NCBI GenBank assembly: GCA_043821025.1
Contig: JBDRDF010000032.1
Coordinates: 11,261-75,260, forward strand
Direction: 5' to 3'
DNA from: Candidatus Omnitrophota bacterium
GTDB lineage: Bacteria; Omnitrophota; Gorgyraeia; Pluralincolimonadales; CAZUZR01
DNA length: 64,000 nt
A program made the translations under genes and the position numbers. This document shows positions 35,494-45,441 of this stretch, in pieces (positions within the stretch are counted from its first letter, which is position 1; every line of letters begins with the position of its first letter). The notes beneath the pieces were generated by a model, which had not been told where the DNA came from, made no database searches, and saw only the letters and a program-made list of their open reading frames with translations.

Positions 35494-36265
35494 AATCGAT
35501 GAAGAAAAATGTAATGGTTGCGGAAATTGTATACCTGCTTGCCCAGAACAGGCCATACAGATCGTAGAGACTCCAAAAGGCAAAAAGGCAAGGCTGGTGA
35601 AAGAGTTTTACTGTGATGGGTTAGGCGCCTGCCTTGGAAGCTGTCCAGTAGGGGCGTTGACCATCAAAGAAAGAGAGGTTTTGCCCTACGATGAGGAGGC
35701 AACGATTGCCCATATAAAAGAAGTTGCTCCTGAGATGCTGAAAACACATTTAGAACACCTTAGAGACCATGCTCAAGAACTTCCCAGACATCATTCACAT
35801 AAGATGCCCAAGGGAATGACTGCTTGTCCTTCGGCTCAAATAATACACTGGGGAAGGGAAGAAGAAAAACCCATCACCCAGAAGGAAGTTAGCACTTCCT
35901 CCGAGCTTCGTCAATGGCCAATACAATTGCATCTTGTGAACCCAGATGCCCCTTATTTTAAAAATGCAGATTTAATCATTGTAGCTGACTGCGTTCCATT
36001 TGCCTATGCCGATTTTCATCAACATTTTTTAAGGAATAAAGCTGTAGCTATCGGTTGTCCAAAGTTAGATGACGTTGATGCCTATATTGAAAAATTGACC
36101 CAGATATTTAAGACCGCTAATCCCAGAAGCATAAAAGTTATTCATATGGAGGTACCTTGTTGCTTTGGTTTGCGCCATATAGTTGAGGAAGCGATAAAAT
36201 TGTCAGGCAAGAAGATACCACTGGAAAATGTTATTGTGGGGATAAAAGGCGAAATTAAAATATGA
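35471..36265 (+). CDS. 4Fe-4S dicluster ferredoxin-domain protein with a C-terminal domain of unknown function
   Basis: It has CNGCGNCIPACP and CDGLGACLGSCP, with additional Cys residues at the C-terminus (VPCCFGL). Confidence 0.45.
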   Translation: MKKRKIIKIDEEKCNGCGNCIPACPEQAIQIVETPKGKKARLVKEFYCDGLGACLGSCPVGALTIKEREVLPYDEEATIAHIKEVAPEMLKTHLEHLRDHAQELPRHHSHKMPKGMTACPSAQIIHWGREEEKPITQKEVSTSSELRQWPIQLHLVNPDAPYFKNADLIIVADCVPFAYADFHQHFLRNKAVAIGCPKLDDVDAYIEKLTQIFKTANPRSIKVIHMEVPCCFGLRHIVEEAIKLSGKKIPLENVIVGIKGEIKI

Positions 36266-37665
36266 ATAAAGTTAAGGTTTATTTAGTTGGAGCAGGCCCG
36301 GGAGGAAATGATCTAATAACTGTAAGGGGATTAAATACCTTAAGAGAGGCGGATGTGGTTATTTATGATTATCTTGTAGATAGAAAACTCTTACAGGAAG
36401 CAAAGGAAGGCGCAGAGTTAATCTGTTGCGATAAATTGAGAAAAAATAGATATTCAGACGGTTTTCTGATTCATCAAGAAAAGATAAATAAGCTTTTGGT
36501 TAAGAAGGCAAGGGAAGGCAAAAAGGTAGTCCGACTTAAAAATGGGGATCCTGTAATTTTTGGCAGGTTATCACAAGAGTTGGAAGCGCTCCTTAAAAAC
36601 AGAATAGAATTTGAGGTTATCCCAGGGGTGACAGCGGCAAGCGTTGCCGCTGGCTTAAGCGGCATTCCCTTGACTGACCGAAGATTCGCTTCTAGTTGTG
36701 TTTTTGTTACAGGGCACGAAGATCCAAGTAAAAGAACCAGTCTTTTAGATTGGAATAGCATAAGCAAGGTCGGCACAATAGTTTTGTATATGGCGGTTGA
36801 GAATGTTAACAAGATAGTTAAAAAGCTCATTAATGCTGGCAAGAACGAAGACGCCCCTGTAGCTATAGTTAAAGATGCCGGGCTACTTACCCAGAAGGTT
36901 TTGACAGGCACCTTAGGAAATATCGTTACAAGGGCTAAGGAACAAAATATAAAACCTCCAGCAATTATTATTATTGGCGAAGTGGTAAAATTAGAAAAAG
37001 AGTTTAACTGGCTTAAGAAGAATAAAAGGATACTTTTTACAGGGATATCGCCACAGAGATTTTTTGAGAAAGGAACTATTTTTCATCAACCACTTATTAA
37101 AATGGAGCCGCTCAATGATTACAAAGAATTTGATAAGGAGATTAGAAGCATCGATGGTTACGACTGGATAATCTTTTCAAGTCGATATGGCGTCCAATAT
37201 TTCTTTCAAAGGTTATATAAGATAGGTTATGACACAAGACGACTGAGTGAAGTGAAAATTGCAGCCATCGGTAATTCCACTCGAAACTGGCTTTTGGATT
37301 TCGGTGTTATTGCAGACGTCGTTCCGAAAGAGGAGTCTTCAAAAGGGCTGATAAATGAATTCAAGAAGATAGACATTAGAAATAGAAGGATATTTTTACC
37401 ACGCTCAGATATTTCTGATAAAGGACTTGCACAAGGGCTTTCATCATTAGGGGCCAAGGTTACTTCTTGTGTGGCTTATAAGAACGTAATGCCTGATAAC
37501 CTACCGGACTTAGACTTAAGATTTTTTGATGAGGTTATGTTTACCAGTCCCTCAGGTGTACGCAACTTTGTAAAAAGATATGGAACTCTGCCTAAAAGCG
37601 TTAAAGTAAGATGTATTGGAGACGTTACTTTTAAGGAAGCAAGAAGATGGCATTTATTAGGTTAA
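36262..37665 (+). CDS. cobA-hemD: Uroporphyrinogen-III C-methyltransferase (CobA/SUMT) fused to uroporphyrinogen-III synthase (HemD)
   Basis: The SUMT N-terminus reads VYLVGAGPGGNDLITVRGLNTLREADVVIYD. The C-terminal roughly 220 aa are HemD-like. Confidence 0.7.
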   Translation: MNKVKVYLVGAGPGGNDLITVRGLNTLREADVVIYDYLVDRKLLQEAKEGAELICCDKLRKNRYSDGFLIHQEKINKLLVKKAREGKKVVRLKNGDPVIFGRLSQELEALLKNRIEFEVIPGVTAASVAAGLSGIPLTDRRFASSCVFVTGHEDPSKRTSLLDWNSISKVGTIVLYMAVENVNKIVKKLINAGKNEDAPVAIVKDAGLLTQKVLTGTLGNIVTRAKEQNIKPPAIIIIGEVVKLEKEFNWLKKNKRILFTGISPQRFFEKGTIFHQPLIKMEPLNDYKEFDKEIRSIDGYDWIIFSSRYGVQYFFQRLYKIGYDTRRLSEVKIAAIGNSTRNWLLDFGVIADVVPKEESSKGLINEFKKIDIRNRRIFLPRSDISDKGLAQGLSSLGAKVTSCVAYKNVMPDNLPDLDLRFFDEVMFTSPSGVRNFVKRYGTLPKSVKVRCIGDVTFKEARRWHLLG

Positions 37666-38618
37666 AACGTTTAAGGAGGAATAACCAGATAAGGGAATTG
37701 TTCAGCCAAACTCAACTTCTGGCGAAAGATTTGATTATGCCTTATTTTGTAATGGAGGGTAGTAAAAAGAAAGTGCCCATTAAATCTATGCCTGGAATTT
37801 ACCGCTTATCCGTTGATAATTTAATTAAGGATATAAAGGAGGCCAAAAGTTTAGGTATAAAGGCAATCCTTCTTTTTGGGATATGTCGCAAGAAGGATGA
37901 AATTGGTTCAGAAGCTTATTCTTCAGATAGTATCGTTCAAAGAGCGATAAAAGCGGTAAAGAAAAATATAGAGGATATGGTTATCGTTACGGACGTTTGT
38001 TTATGTGGGTATACTTCCCACGGCCATTGCGGGGTTGTAAAGAACTCTTGTATAGATAATGATGAGACGTTGAAAGTTTTGTCTAAGATCGCTTTGTCTC
38101 ATGCTGAAGCTGGAGCGGATTTCGTGGCTCCATCTGCGATGATGGATGGACAGGTAAGAACCATAAGAGAAACTTTAGATAGAAACGGCTTTTCCGATAC
38201 AGGGATATTGGCTTATTCAGCTAAATATGCCTCAAGCTTCTATGTGCCCTTTAGAGAAGCCTTGGGCTCCGCTCCACAATTTGGAGATAGAAAGACATAC
38301 CAGATGGACTATAGAAATTCTGATGAGGCATTGAGAGAGATAGAACAGGATATCGAAGAGGGTGCGGATATAATTATGGCTAAACCAGCATTAGCATATT
38401 TAGATATTATCTCCAAAGCAAAACAAAATTTCAACATACCCATCGCTGCTTATAATGTCAGCGGAGAATATTCTTTAGTTAAGTTAGGAGCCAAAGCAGG
38501 CATAATAAATGAGCAAGAAATAACCTTAGAAATTTTAACTGCCATAAAAAGGGCAGGGGCAGATTTGATTATAACCTATCATGCAAAGGAAGTGGCTGGA
38601 TGGTTGAGGAATAAATAA
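37647..38618 (+). CDS. hemB: Porphobilinogen synthase (delta-aminolevulinate dehydratase, HemB)
   Basis: It has the zinc-site VTDVCLCGYTSHGHCG and an active-site Lys region. Confidence 0.8.
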   Translation: MAFIRLKRLRRNNQIRELFSQTQLLAKDLIMPYFVMEGSKKKVPIKSMPGIYRLSVDNLIKDIKEAKSLGIKAILLFGICRKKDEIGSEAYSSDSIVQRAIKAVKKNIEDMVIVTDVCLCGYTSHGHCGVVKNSCIDNDETLKVLSKIALSHAEAGADFVAPSAMMDGQVRTIRETLDRNGFSDTGILAYSAKYASSFYVPFREALGSAPQFGDRKTYQMDYRNSDEALREIEQDIEEGADIIMAKPALAYLDIISKAKQNFNIPIAAYNVSGEYSLVKLGAKAGIINEQEITLEILTAIKRAGADLIITYHAKEVAGWLRNK

Positions 38619-38619
38619 T

Positions 38620-39519
38620 ATGTTTCTGGTAGAAATCGGATATCAGATACTAAAAGAATTCTTTTCGCTAACATTCAAGGTTATTCCTTACTTTATGTTA
38701 GGAATTGCCTTTGGTGCGCTTCTGGAAGCGTATTTTAAACCAGAGTTCGTCTTTAGATACTTAAAGAAAGGAATTTCCTCGGTGGTTAATGCAAGTATTT
38801 TAGGAGCTGCTCTGCCGGGTTGCGCTTGTGTTACTATGCCAATGGCAGAGGGTTTAAAGAGAAAAGGCTCAAGATTAGGGACATTATCAGCGTTTATTAT
38901 GGTTTCACCACTTTTGAGTCCTCATACAGTTGTATTGACTTATGCGATGCTGGGTTGGAAATTTACTTTTGCCAGAATTATTTTCTCATTTTCAGGTGCG
39001 ATCCTTTTAGGAATTTTATTCAATTATTTTGAAAAGCGGCACGTAAAAGGTTTTGCTTTACCTGCTGAATCTGGGACCGAATGTAAATCTTGTCCTGACT
39101 TCGAGCAGGGCAAGAAATTAAGTTTTTTAAAAAGTTTTATCCTTATTGCCAAGAGCCTCGGTAAATATTTTTTCCTGGGCATGTTTATTGCCAGTCTCTT
39201 GACCGTTCTTATTCCTGAAGAGGCTATACCAAAATATATTGGCTCATCCGGCATATTCGCTTATCTGGCTGCAGCATTGGTAGGGATTCCGGTATATATT
39301 TGTGAAGGAGAAGAGATACCTATTACCTTAGCCCTATTAAAACTTGGTTTAGGCAAAGGTCCTTCTTTTACCTTTCTTTTAGGTTCGATAGGAACATGTA
39401 TTCCCACTATGCTTATGGCACAAAAGATAATTGGTAAGCGGCCAGTCATTTTTTATATTATTGGATGGTTTGTGTTTGCAATCAGTTCAGGGCTATTATT
39501 TAGTCTATTTTTCCATTAA
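38620..39519 (+). CDS. Putative permease (DUF318/YraQ-like) with a GCAC motif
   Basis: It has about 8 TM helices and an LPGCACVTMP motif. Confidence 0.4.
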   Translation: MFLVEIGYQILKEFFSLTFKVIPYFMLGIAFGALLEAYFKPEFVFRYLKKGISSVVNASILGAALPGCACVTMPMAEGLKRKGSRLGTLSAFIMVSPLLSPHTVVLTYAMLGWKFTFARIIFSFSGAILLGILFNYFEKRHVKGFALPAESGTECKSCPDFEQGKKLSFLKSFILIAKSLGKYFFLGMFIASLLTVLIPEEAIPKYIGSSGIFAYLAAALVGIPVYICEGEEIPITLALLKLGLGKGPSFTFLLGSIGTCIPTMLMAQKIIGKRPVIFYIIGWFVFAISSGLLFSLFFH

Positions 39520-39544
39520 AAAGATTGTAAATAGCGGTGTGTAA

Positions 39545-40798
39545 ATGAAAGTAATCTATTCTGGTAATCTTTTCCATGAAGCACAGAAGTATATCCCGGG
39601 TGGAGTAAATAGTCCTGTCCGGTCTTTCAGGGCTGTAGGTGGGTATCCAATATTTGTAAATCATGGGAAGGGTTCAAAGGTTTATAATGAATGTGGCAGG
39701 GAATTTATTGATTATTGCCAAAGTTTCGGTGCATTAATTTTAGGCCACGCTCACCCAAAAGTTGTACGAGAGTTAAGAAAGGTAGTTAACAAAGGTACCA
39801 CTTTTGGAACTCCAACAAAATTAGAGACAGAGTTAGCTAAAATTATCATCGAAGACGTTCCTTCGATACAAAAGATTAGGTTTACTAACTCAGGCACAGA
39901 GGCGGTAATGGGCGCGATCAGACTTGCCAGGGCTTATACAAAAAGAGATAAGATTATAAAATTCGAGGGCTCGTACCATGGTCATGCGGATTATTTATTG
40001 GATTGCGAAGGGGTTCCGAGGGATTTTACAAGGCACACATTAATTACCCCTTATAATAATATAAAGGTAGTTAAAGATTTAATAGAGAAGCATGAAGAGG
40101 ATGTAGCCGCAATAATCGTTGAGCCGATAGCAGCAAATATGGGGGTAGTTTTACCAAAAGATGATTTTCTAAGCGAGTTAAGAAAAATTGCTAGTAAATA
40201 TAATATAATTTTAATTTTCGATGAAGTTATTACTGGTTTTAGACTGATTTTTGGAGGCGCTCAGAAAATATTTGATATTAAACCGGATTTGACGTGTCTA
40301 GGAAAAATAATCGGCGGGGGATTACCGATAGGCGCTTTTGGAGGCAGAAGAGAAATTATGCAACTTTTGGCACCTGAAGGACCTGTCTATCAAGCAGGGA
40401 CTTTCTCAGGCAACCCTGTTTCTATGAGCGCAGGCATAAGTACGTTGAGGATTTTGCACGAATGTAATCCATATAGGAAGGTGGAAGGAATGACTAAATA
40501 TCTTTGTGGGAAAATTAAAGAGTACGCGAATAAACATAAGATCGGGATAGGAATAAATTCTTTTGGTTCCATGTTTAGTATTTTCTTTACAAATAAACAG
40601 ATAACGGATTATAGTATAGCTAAAGCCCAAGATACATCTTTGTTTAAAAAATTCTATCACGGTTTATTAAAAAACGGTGTTTATTTTTCGCCCTCAGGTC
40701 TTGAAGCAGATTTTATTTCGTTAGCACACACGCAAGAAGATATGCAGAAGACCTTACGGGCAGTTGATAAAACATTTAGAAATTTGAGGAGGAGTTAA
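39545..40798 (+). CDS. hemL: Glutamate-1-semialdehyde 2,1-aminomutase (HemL)
   Basis: It has the [18 protein letters not shown] signature. It is a class III aminotransferase. Confidence 0.8.
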   Translation: MKVIYSGNLFHEAQKYIPGGVNSPVRSFRAVGGYPIFVNHGKGSKVYNECGREFIDYCQSFGALILGHAHPKVVRELRKVVNKGTTFGTPTKLETELAKIIIEDVPSIQKIRFTNSGTEAVMGAIRLARAYTKRDKIIKFEGSYHGHADYLLDCEGVPRDFTRHTLITPYNNIKVVKDLIEKHEEDVAAIIVEPIAANMGVVLPKDDFLSELRKIASKYNIILIFDEVITGFRLIFGGAQKIFDIKPDLTCLGKIIGGGLPIGAFGGRREIMQLLAPEGPVYQAGTFSGNPVSMSAGISTLRILHECNPYRKVEGMTKYLCGKIKEYANKHKIGIGINSFGSMFSIFFTNKQITDYSIAKAQDTSLFKKFYHGLLKNGVYFSPSGLEADFISLAHTQEDMQKTLRAVDKTFRNLRRS

Positions 40799-40799
40799 A

Positions 40800-41939
40800 A
40801 TGGGCATAACCATTTATTTAAACGGCAAAAAAGAAACGGTCGAAGAAAATTTAAACATTTCGAAGCTCCTTGAGGTCAAGAAGATTAGGCCGGAAGTTGT
40901 AACGGTGGAATTAAATGGGCAGATTATCGAAAAGCCAAAATACGCAGATGCGTTTATAAAAGATAAAGATAAAGTCGAAGTCGTATATTACATGGGAGGC
41001 GGTATGCCTTTTAGCGACAGAATTGCAGAAAACGTTTTGGAACTAATCGGTCGAACGCCGATCGTTAGGCTAAATAAAATCATAGAATCAGATATGGCGG
41101 AGATATTAGCCAAACTAGAGCAATTTAACCCAGGAGGAAGCGTAAAGGATAGGATTTGTATCTCCATGTTCGAAGACGCAGAAAAGAAAGGCTTACTTAA
41201 AAAGGGCTCGACCATTATTGAGCCGACAAGCGGGAATACGGGAATTGGTTTAGCTATGGTTGCCGCAGTTAAGGATTATAGATGTATCCTTACTATGCCA
41301 GAAACGATGAGTTTAGAAAGAATATATATCCTTAAATCTTATGGCGCAGAGGTTGTGCTTACCCCAGGTGTCGAAGGCATGCAAGGAGCGATTAAAAAAG
41401 CAGAAGAATTGCTAAAAAAGACACCTAATAGTTTTATGCCCCAGCAGTTTAAAAATCCTGCAAATCCTCAAATTCACCGTTTAACTACTGCTAAAGAGAT
41501 ATTGGAAGCAACCAATGGAAACCTAGATGCCTTTGTTGCTGGTGTAGGAACTGGTGGTACAATTACAGGGGTAGGGGAGGTTTTAAAAAAACATAATGCC
41601 TCGATTAAGGTAATTGCAGTTGAGCCCAAAAAGAGCGCTGTTTTATCTGGAGGACAGGTTGGCCCACATAAAATCCAAGGCATCGGTGCCGGTTTTGTTC
41701 CAGAAGTTTTAAATCGTTCGATCATAGATCAAATAATCCAGGTTGATGACGACGATGCCTTTAGGACTTCAAGGAGGCTTGCAAAAGAGGAGGGTCTGTT
41801 TGTAGGTATTTCAGCAGGGGCTGCAGCTTGGGCAGCATTAAACGTCGCTAAGGATTCAGGCAAGGGCAAGAGGGTAGTCGTAGTTTTGCCAGATACGGGT
41901 GAAAGATATTTTTCTATGCATCAATATTTTGAGGCATAA
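40800..41939 (+). CDS. ThiS/MoaD-like sulfur-carrier domain (ending GGG) fused in-frame to cysteine synthase (CysK/CysM family); an internal SD+ATG at 41004 could also give free CysK
   Basis: The N-terminal 68 aa ([26 protein letters not shown]...[33 protein letters not shown]) fit the ThiS pattern. The cysteine synthase part follows ([24 protein letters not shown]). GGGAGG at 40994-40999 precedes ATG 41004. Confidence 0.65.
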   Translation: MGITIYLNGKKETVEENLNISKLLEVKKIRPEVVTVELNGQIIEKPKYADAFIKDKDKVEVVYYMGGGMPFSDRIAENVLELIGRTPIVRLNKIIESDMAEILAKLEQFNPGGSVKDRICISMFEDAEKKGLLKKGSTIIEPTSGNTGIGLAMVAAVKDYRCILTMPETMSLERIYILKSYGAEVVLTPGVEGMQGAIKKAEELLKKTPNSFMPQQFKNPANPQIHRLTTAKEILEATNGNLDAFVAGVGTGGTITGVGEVLKKHNASIKVIAVEPKKSAVLSGGQVGPHKIQGIGAGFVPEVLNRSIIDQIIQVDDDDAFRTSRRLAKEEGLFVGISAGAAAWAALNVAKDSGKGKRVVVVLPDTGERYFSMHQYFEA

Positions 41940-41957
41940 CGTAAACGGCGAGATTAA

Positions 41958-42852
41958 GATGAAAACAAAAGATGCAAAAATAACCTTAGATTTGGACGAG
42001 TTTAGGAAGGGCGGAATTTTAAAACAAAGGCAGAAAAACTATTTTATCCTTCGAACTCGCATACCCGGTGGATATCTAAGGGCCGATATGTTGTCAAAAT
42101 TTATTCGAATCGCCAAAAAATATGGCAGAGGATATGTTCATCTCTCAACGAGGCAGGCTATAGAAATCGCCTGGATTAAAATAGAAAAAATAGATAACCT
42201 CATAAAGGACCTTAAAAGAGTGGGTATCTTAAGAGGTGCTTGCGGTCCGCGTTCTCGCAACATAGTGGCGTGTCCTGGCTCAACCGTTTGCAGGTACGGT
42301 TTTGCGGATACAGAAAAATTGGCTGCCAAATTCGATAAGTACTTTTTTGGCAAAGATGTTCCAAAGAAATTTAAGATAGGACTGACGGGTTGTCTTAATT
42401 CTTGTGCTAAACCCCAGGAAAACGATATTGGGTTTTTGGCTGTTGGTGAGCCCGAATGCGATTTAGACAAATGCACTGGTTGTATGCTATGTGCCAAGGT
42501 TTGTGAGAAGGTTTGCGCTCGAGGCAAAAGGGAACCTGCGATCGTCATGGATGAGAATAAGGAACCTGTATATAGAAGGGAGTTTTGCTTCTTTGAGGGT
42601 GATTGTGTAAGGATATGCCCAGTTAATGCCTGGAAAATAAAACGAGTAGGATATACGGTATTTTTAGGAGGGAGGGTCGGCCGTTTCCCTACGTTTGGGT
42701 TTAAAATAAAGGAATTTGCTACCGAACAAGAAATTTTTAAAATAACCAAAAGAGCAATAGCCTGTTATAACAGAATTGCCGAAAAAGGCGAGCGCTTCGG
42801 AGAAACTATAGAAAGGATAGGAATAGAAGGGGTAAAAAAACAGGTGCTATGA
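41958..42852 (+). CDS. Small siroheme-[4Fe-4S] sulfite reductase (AsrC/DsrA-like, with an inserted ferredoxin domain)
   Basis: The siroheme-FeS Cys motif is Cx5C...Cx3C (ACGPRSRNIVACPGSTVC, GCLNSCAKP). The ferredoxin insert reads CTGCMLCAKVCEKVC...CVRICP. Confidence 0.6.
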
Positions 42853-43091
42853 CAAAAATAAAAGTCGATCTAGTTTTAGATTTGAAAAATACACCTTGCC
42901 CAATAAATTTTGTTAAGACAAAACTAAAGCTCGAACAAATGAATAAAGGGGAGGTTTTAGAAGTCCTTTTAGATGACGGTGATCCCATCACTAATGTTAC
43001 CGTAAGCGTAAAAGAAGATGGGCATCAGATTTTGAAGGTCGAGAAAATAAATGACCATTGGAAATTGGTCGTTAAAAAAGTTGGAGAATAA
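42849..43091 (+). CDS. TusA-like sulfurtransferase / sulfur carrier (SirA/YedF/YeeD family)
   Basis: It is 80 aa. It has LDLKNTPCPINFVKTKL (CPxP-type motif). Confidence 0.55.
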   Translation: MTKIKVDLVLDLKNTPCPINFVKTKLKLEQMNKGEVLEVLLDDGDPITNVTVSVKEDGHQILKVEKINDHWKLVVKKVGE

Positions 43092-43096
43092 ATTAA

Positions 43097-43909
43097 ATGC
43101 GATTAAGGGAAGATCAAATTGAGAGGTATTCAAGGCAAATTATTCTACCTAATGTTGGTGGGAAAGGTCAGGAGAAGCTTTTGAGTGCCAAAGTTTTAAT
43201 CATTGGCGCAGGAGGCTTGGGTTCTCCTTGTGCTTTATATTTGGCCGCGGCAGGCATAGGGAAAATTAGCATAGTAGACTCAGACGAAGTCGAGCTTAAT
43301 AATTTACAGAGACAAATCTTGCATTCAACCAAGGATGTAGGTAGGTCGAAAACAGAATCAGCAAAAGACAGGCTCAATGCCATTAATCCAGATTTAGAGG
43401 TCATAACTTATAAAATCAGGCTCAAGTCGGAGAATATCTTAGATATCATAAAGGATTATGATATAATTGTTGATGGCTCAGATAACTTTCCTACAAGGTA
43501 TTTAGTCAATGATGCCTGTGTTCTTTCGAAAAAGCCTTTATCTCATGGGGGCATATTTAGATACGATGGGCAGGCGATTACAATTCTTCCAGGTGAAAGT
43601 GCTTGTTATAGATGCCTATTTCCTACTCCCCCTCCGCCTGGACTTGTGCCAAGTTGCCAGGAAGCCGGGATTTTAGGCGTAGTTGCCGGAGTCATTGGCA
43701 CTATTCAGGCAAACGAAGTTTTAAAATATATATTAGGAATCGGAGACCTTTTAGCCGGAAAGCTGTTGGTATTTAACGCCTTAGATTCAAGCTTTAGACA
43801 AGTGAAGGTTCCAAAAGATCCTAAATGTCCAGTTTGTGGAGAAAATCCCACGATAACAAAATTAATAGATTATGAACAGTTCTGTAGCTTACAAATAAGG
43901 AAGGTGTAA
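43097..43909 (+). CDS. ThiF/MoeB/MoeZ-type E1-like adenylyltransferase (no rhodanese domain)
   Basis: It has the nucleotide loop VLIIGAGGLGSPCALYLAAAGIGKISIVDSD. The zinc motif is CYRC...CPVC. Confidence 0.7.
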   Translation: MRLREDQIERYSRQIILPNVGGKGQEKLLSAKVLIIGAGGLGSPCALYLAAAGIGKISIVDSDEVELNNLQRQILHSTKDVGRSKTESAKDRLNAINPDLEVITYKIRLKSENILDIIKDYDIIVDGSDNFPTRYLVNDACVLSKKPLSHGGIFRYDGQAITILPGESACYRCLFPTPPPPGLVPSCQEAGILGVVAGVIGTIQANEVLKYILGIGDLLAGKLLVFNALDSSFRQVKVPKDPKCPVCGENPTITKLIDYEQFCSLQIRKV

Positions 43910-43911
43910 AG

Positions 43912-45147
43912 TTGAGCTACGTAAGAGGCTTAAAATGTAGGGAATGCGGAAGGGAATATCCGAAAGAAGCGCTCTTCGTTTGCGAATATTGCTTCGGCTC
44001 TTTGGAGGTGGACTACGACTACTCTGCGATAAAGAAGAAACTGACACGCGAGGTAATTGCATCTCGTTCGAAAGATCTGTGGAGATACCAAGAGCTGTTG
44101 CCGCTCGATTCAAAGCCGCAGGATGGTTTATATTCGGGTTTCACGCCGCTTATAAGGTCAACGAATTTGGCGAAGGTATTGAAAGTAGACGAACTTTACA
44201 TAAAAGATGATTCCGTCTGCCATCCGACGCTTTCATTTAAGGATAGGGTTGTATCGGTTGCAATTTCAAAGGCAAAGGAGTTTGATTTCTCTGTTGTTGC
44301 ATGTGCTTCAACCGGAAATTTGGCGAATTCGGTCTCCGCATTAGGCGCTATCGCCAGATTAAAGCGTTATATATTTATCCCTGCCGATTTGGAATTGGGA
44401 AAGGTAGTCGGCTCTTTAATTTACTCCCCGAATTTAGTTGCAGTCGAAGGAAATTACGACGAGGTGAACCGACTCTGCGCCGAAATTGCGTCGAGATATA
44501 GATGGGCATTCGTCAATATAAATATCAGGCCATATTATGCTGAGGGTTCAAAGACCTACGGATACGAGATTGTAGAACAATTGGGTTGGAGGACGCCAAA
44601 ACATATCATAGTTCCGGTTGCGGGCGGTTCCTTAATCTCAAAGATTTGGAAAAGCTTTAAAGAATTTCAAAAATTAGAGTTGATCAACAAGATTGATACA
44701 AAAGTTTATGCGGCGCAACCAACAGGATGTTCGCCAGTCGTAACAGCGATAAAGGAAAATTCCGATATAATCAAACCTGTTAAGCCGAAGACGATAGCGA
44801 AATCACTCGCCATAGGAAATCCGGCGGACGGATATTATGCGGTCCAGACCGTAAAGGATTCAGGCGGATGGGCAGAAGATGTAACCGATGAGGAAGTAAT
44901 CGAAGGGATAAAATTGCTTGCCGAGACCGAAGGAATATTTACCGAAACTGCAGGAGGAGTTACAGTAGCAGTTGCAAAGAAATTAATCGAACAAGGTCGA
45001 ATCCCTCGGGATGAATCCATTGTAATTTCAATTACGGGCAATGGCTTAAAAACGCAGGAGGCAGTCCAGGAACATATAGGAAGGGCCGTTAAGATAAAAC
45101 CTACCCTTGCATCTTTTGAAGAACAGGTAATGGTGAAAGGGAAATAA
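43912..45147 (+). CDS. Threonine-synthase-like fold-type II PLP enzyme with an N-terminal zinc ribbon (candidate sulfur-carrier-dependent homocysteine or cysteine synthase)
   Basis: A TTG start is preceded by AAGGAAGGTG. It has CRECG...CEYC and the PLP-lysine motif HPTLSFKDRVVS. The overall sequence is ThrC-like. Confidence 0.55.
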   Translation: MSYVRGLKCRECGREYPKEALFVCEYCFGSLEVDYDYSAIKKKLTREVIASRSKDLWRYQELLPLDSKPQDGLYSGFTPLIRSTNLAKVLKVDELYIKDDSVCHPTLSFKDRVVSVAISKAKEFDFSVVACASTGNLANSVSALGAIARLKRYIFIPADLELGKVVGSLIYSPNLVAVEGNYDEVNRLCAEIASRYRWAFVNINIRPYYAEGSKTYGYEIVEQLGWRTPKHIIVPVAGGSLISKIWKSFKEFQKLELINKIDTKVYAAQPTGCSPVVTAIKENSDIIKPVKPKTIAKSLAIGNPADGYYAVQTVKDSGGWAEDVTDEEVIEGIKLLAETEGIFTETAGGVTVAVAKKLIEQGRIPRDESIVISITGNGLKTQEAVQEHIGRAVKIKPTLASFEEQVMVKGK

Positions 45148-45165
45148 AAATAAAGGAGCGTGCAT

Positions 45166-45441
45166 ATGGCGATTAAAGTAAGAATACCACAACCACTACA
45201 AGGTTTGACGAACCACCAACCTGAGGTTGAAGCTACCGGAACGACCGTGAAAGAATTAATTGATGATTTAGAGCACAAATACCCCGGCATCAAAGACAGA
45301 ATCTGCGATGAATCAGGCAAAGTGCGAAGGTTCGTTAATTTCTATGTCAACGAAGAAGACATAAGGTTTTTGGAGCGGGAACAAACGAAGTTGAAAGACG
45401 GCGATGAAGTTTCAATAATTCCGGCAATCGCCGGGGGATGA
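45166..45441 (+). CDS. CysO/MoaD/ThiS-like ubiquitin-fold sulfur carrier protein with a free C-terminal GG
   Basis: It is 91 aa and ends ...VSIIPAIAGG*. SD sequence AGGAG lies 8 nt upstream of the ATG. Confidence 0.6.
   Translation: MAIKVRIPQPLQGLTNHQPEVEATGTTVKELIDDLEHKYPGIKDRICDESGKVRRFVNFYVNEEDIRFLEREQTKLKDGDEVSIIPAIAGG

Noticed and set aside
41899-41957. Extended 5' start of the sulfite reductase gene overlapping cysK
   Set aside because: This is a longest-ORF artefact. The conserved sequence starts at ATG 41958.
42138-42749. 203-aa minus-strand ORF inside the sulfite reductase gene
   Set aside because: It lies antisense to a well-supported plus-strand CDS. Its Ser/Leu-rich low-complexity translation is typical of a shadow ORF. 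It has no RBS or family signature.
43944-44501. Plus-strand alternative-frame ORFs (88 and 66 aa) inside the ThrC-like gene
   Set aside because: They are out-of-frame overlaps with Arg/Leu-rich translation. The ThrC-like frame carries the PLP motif.
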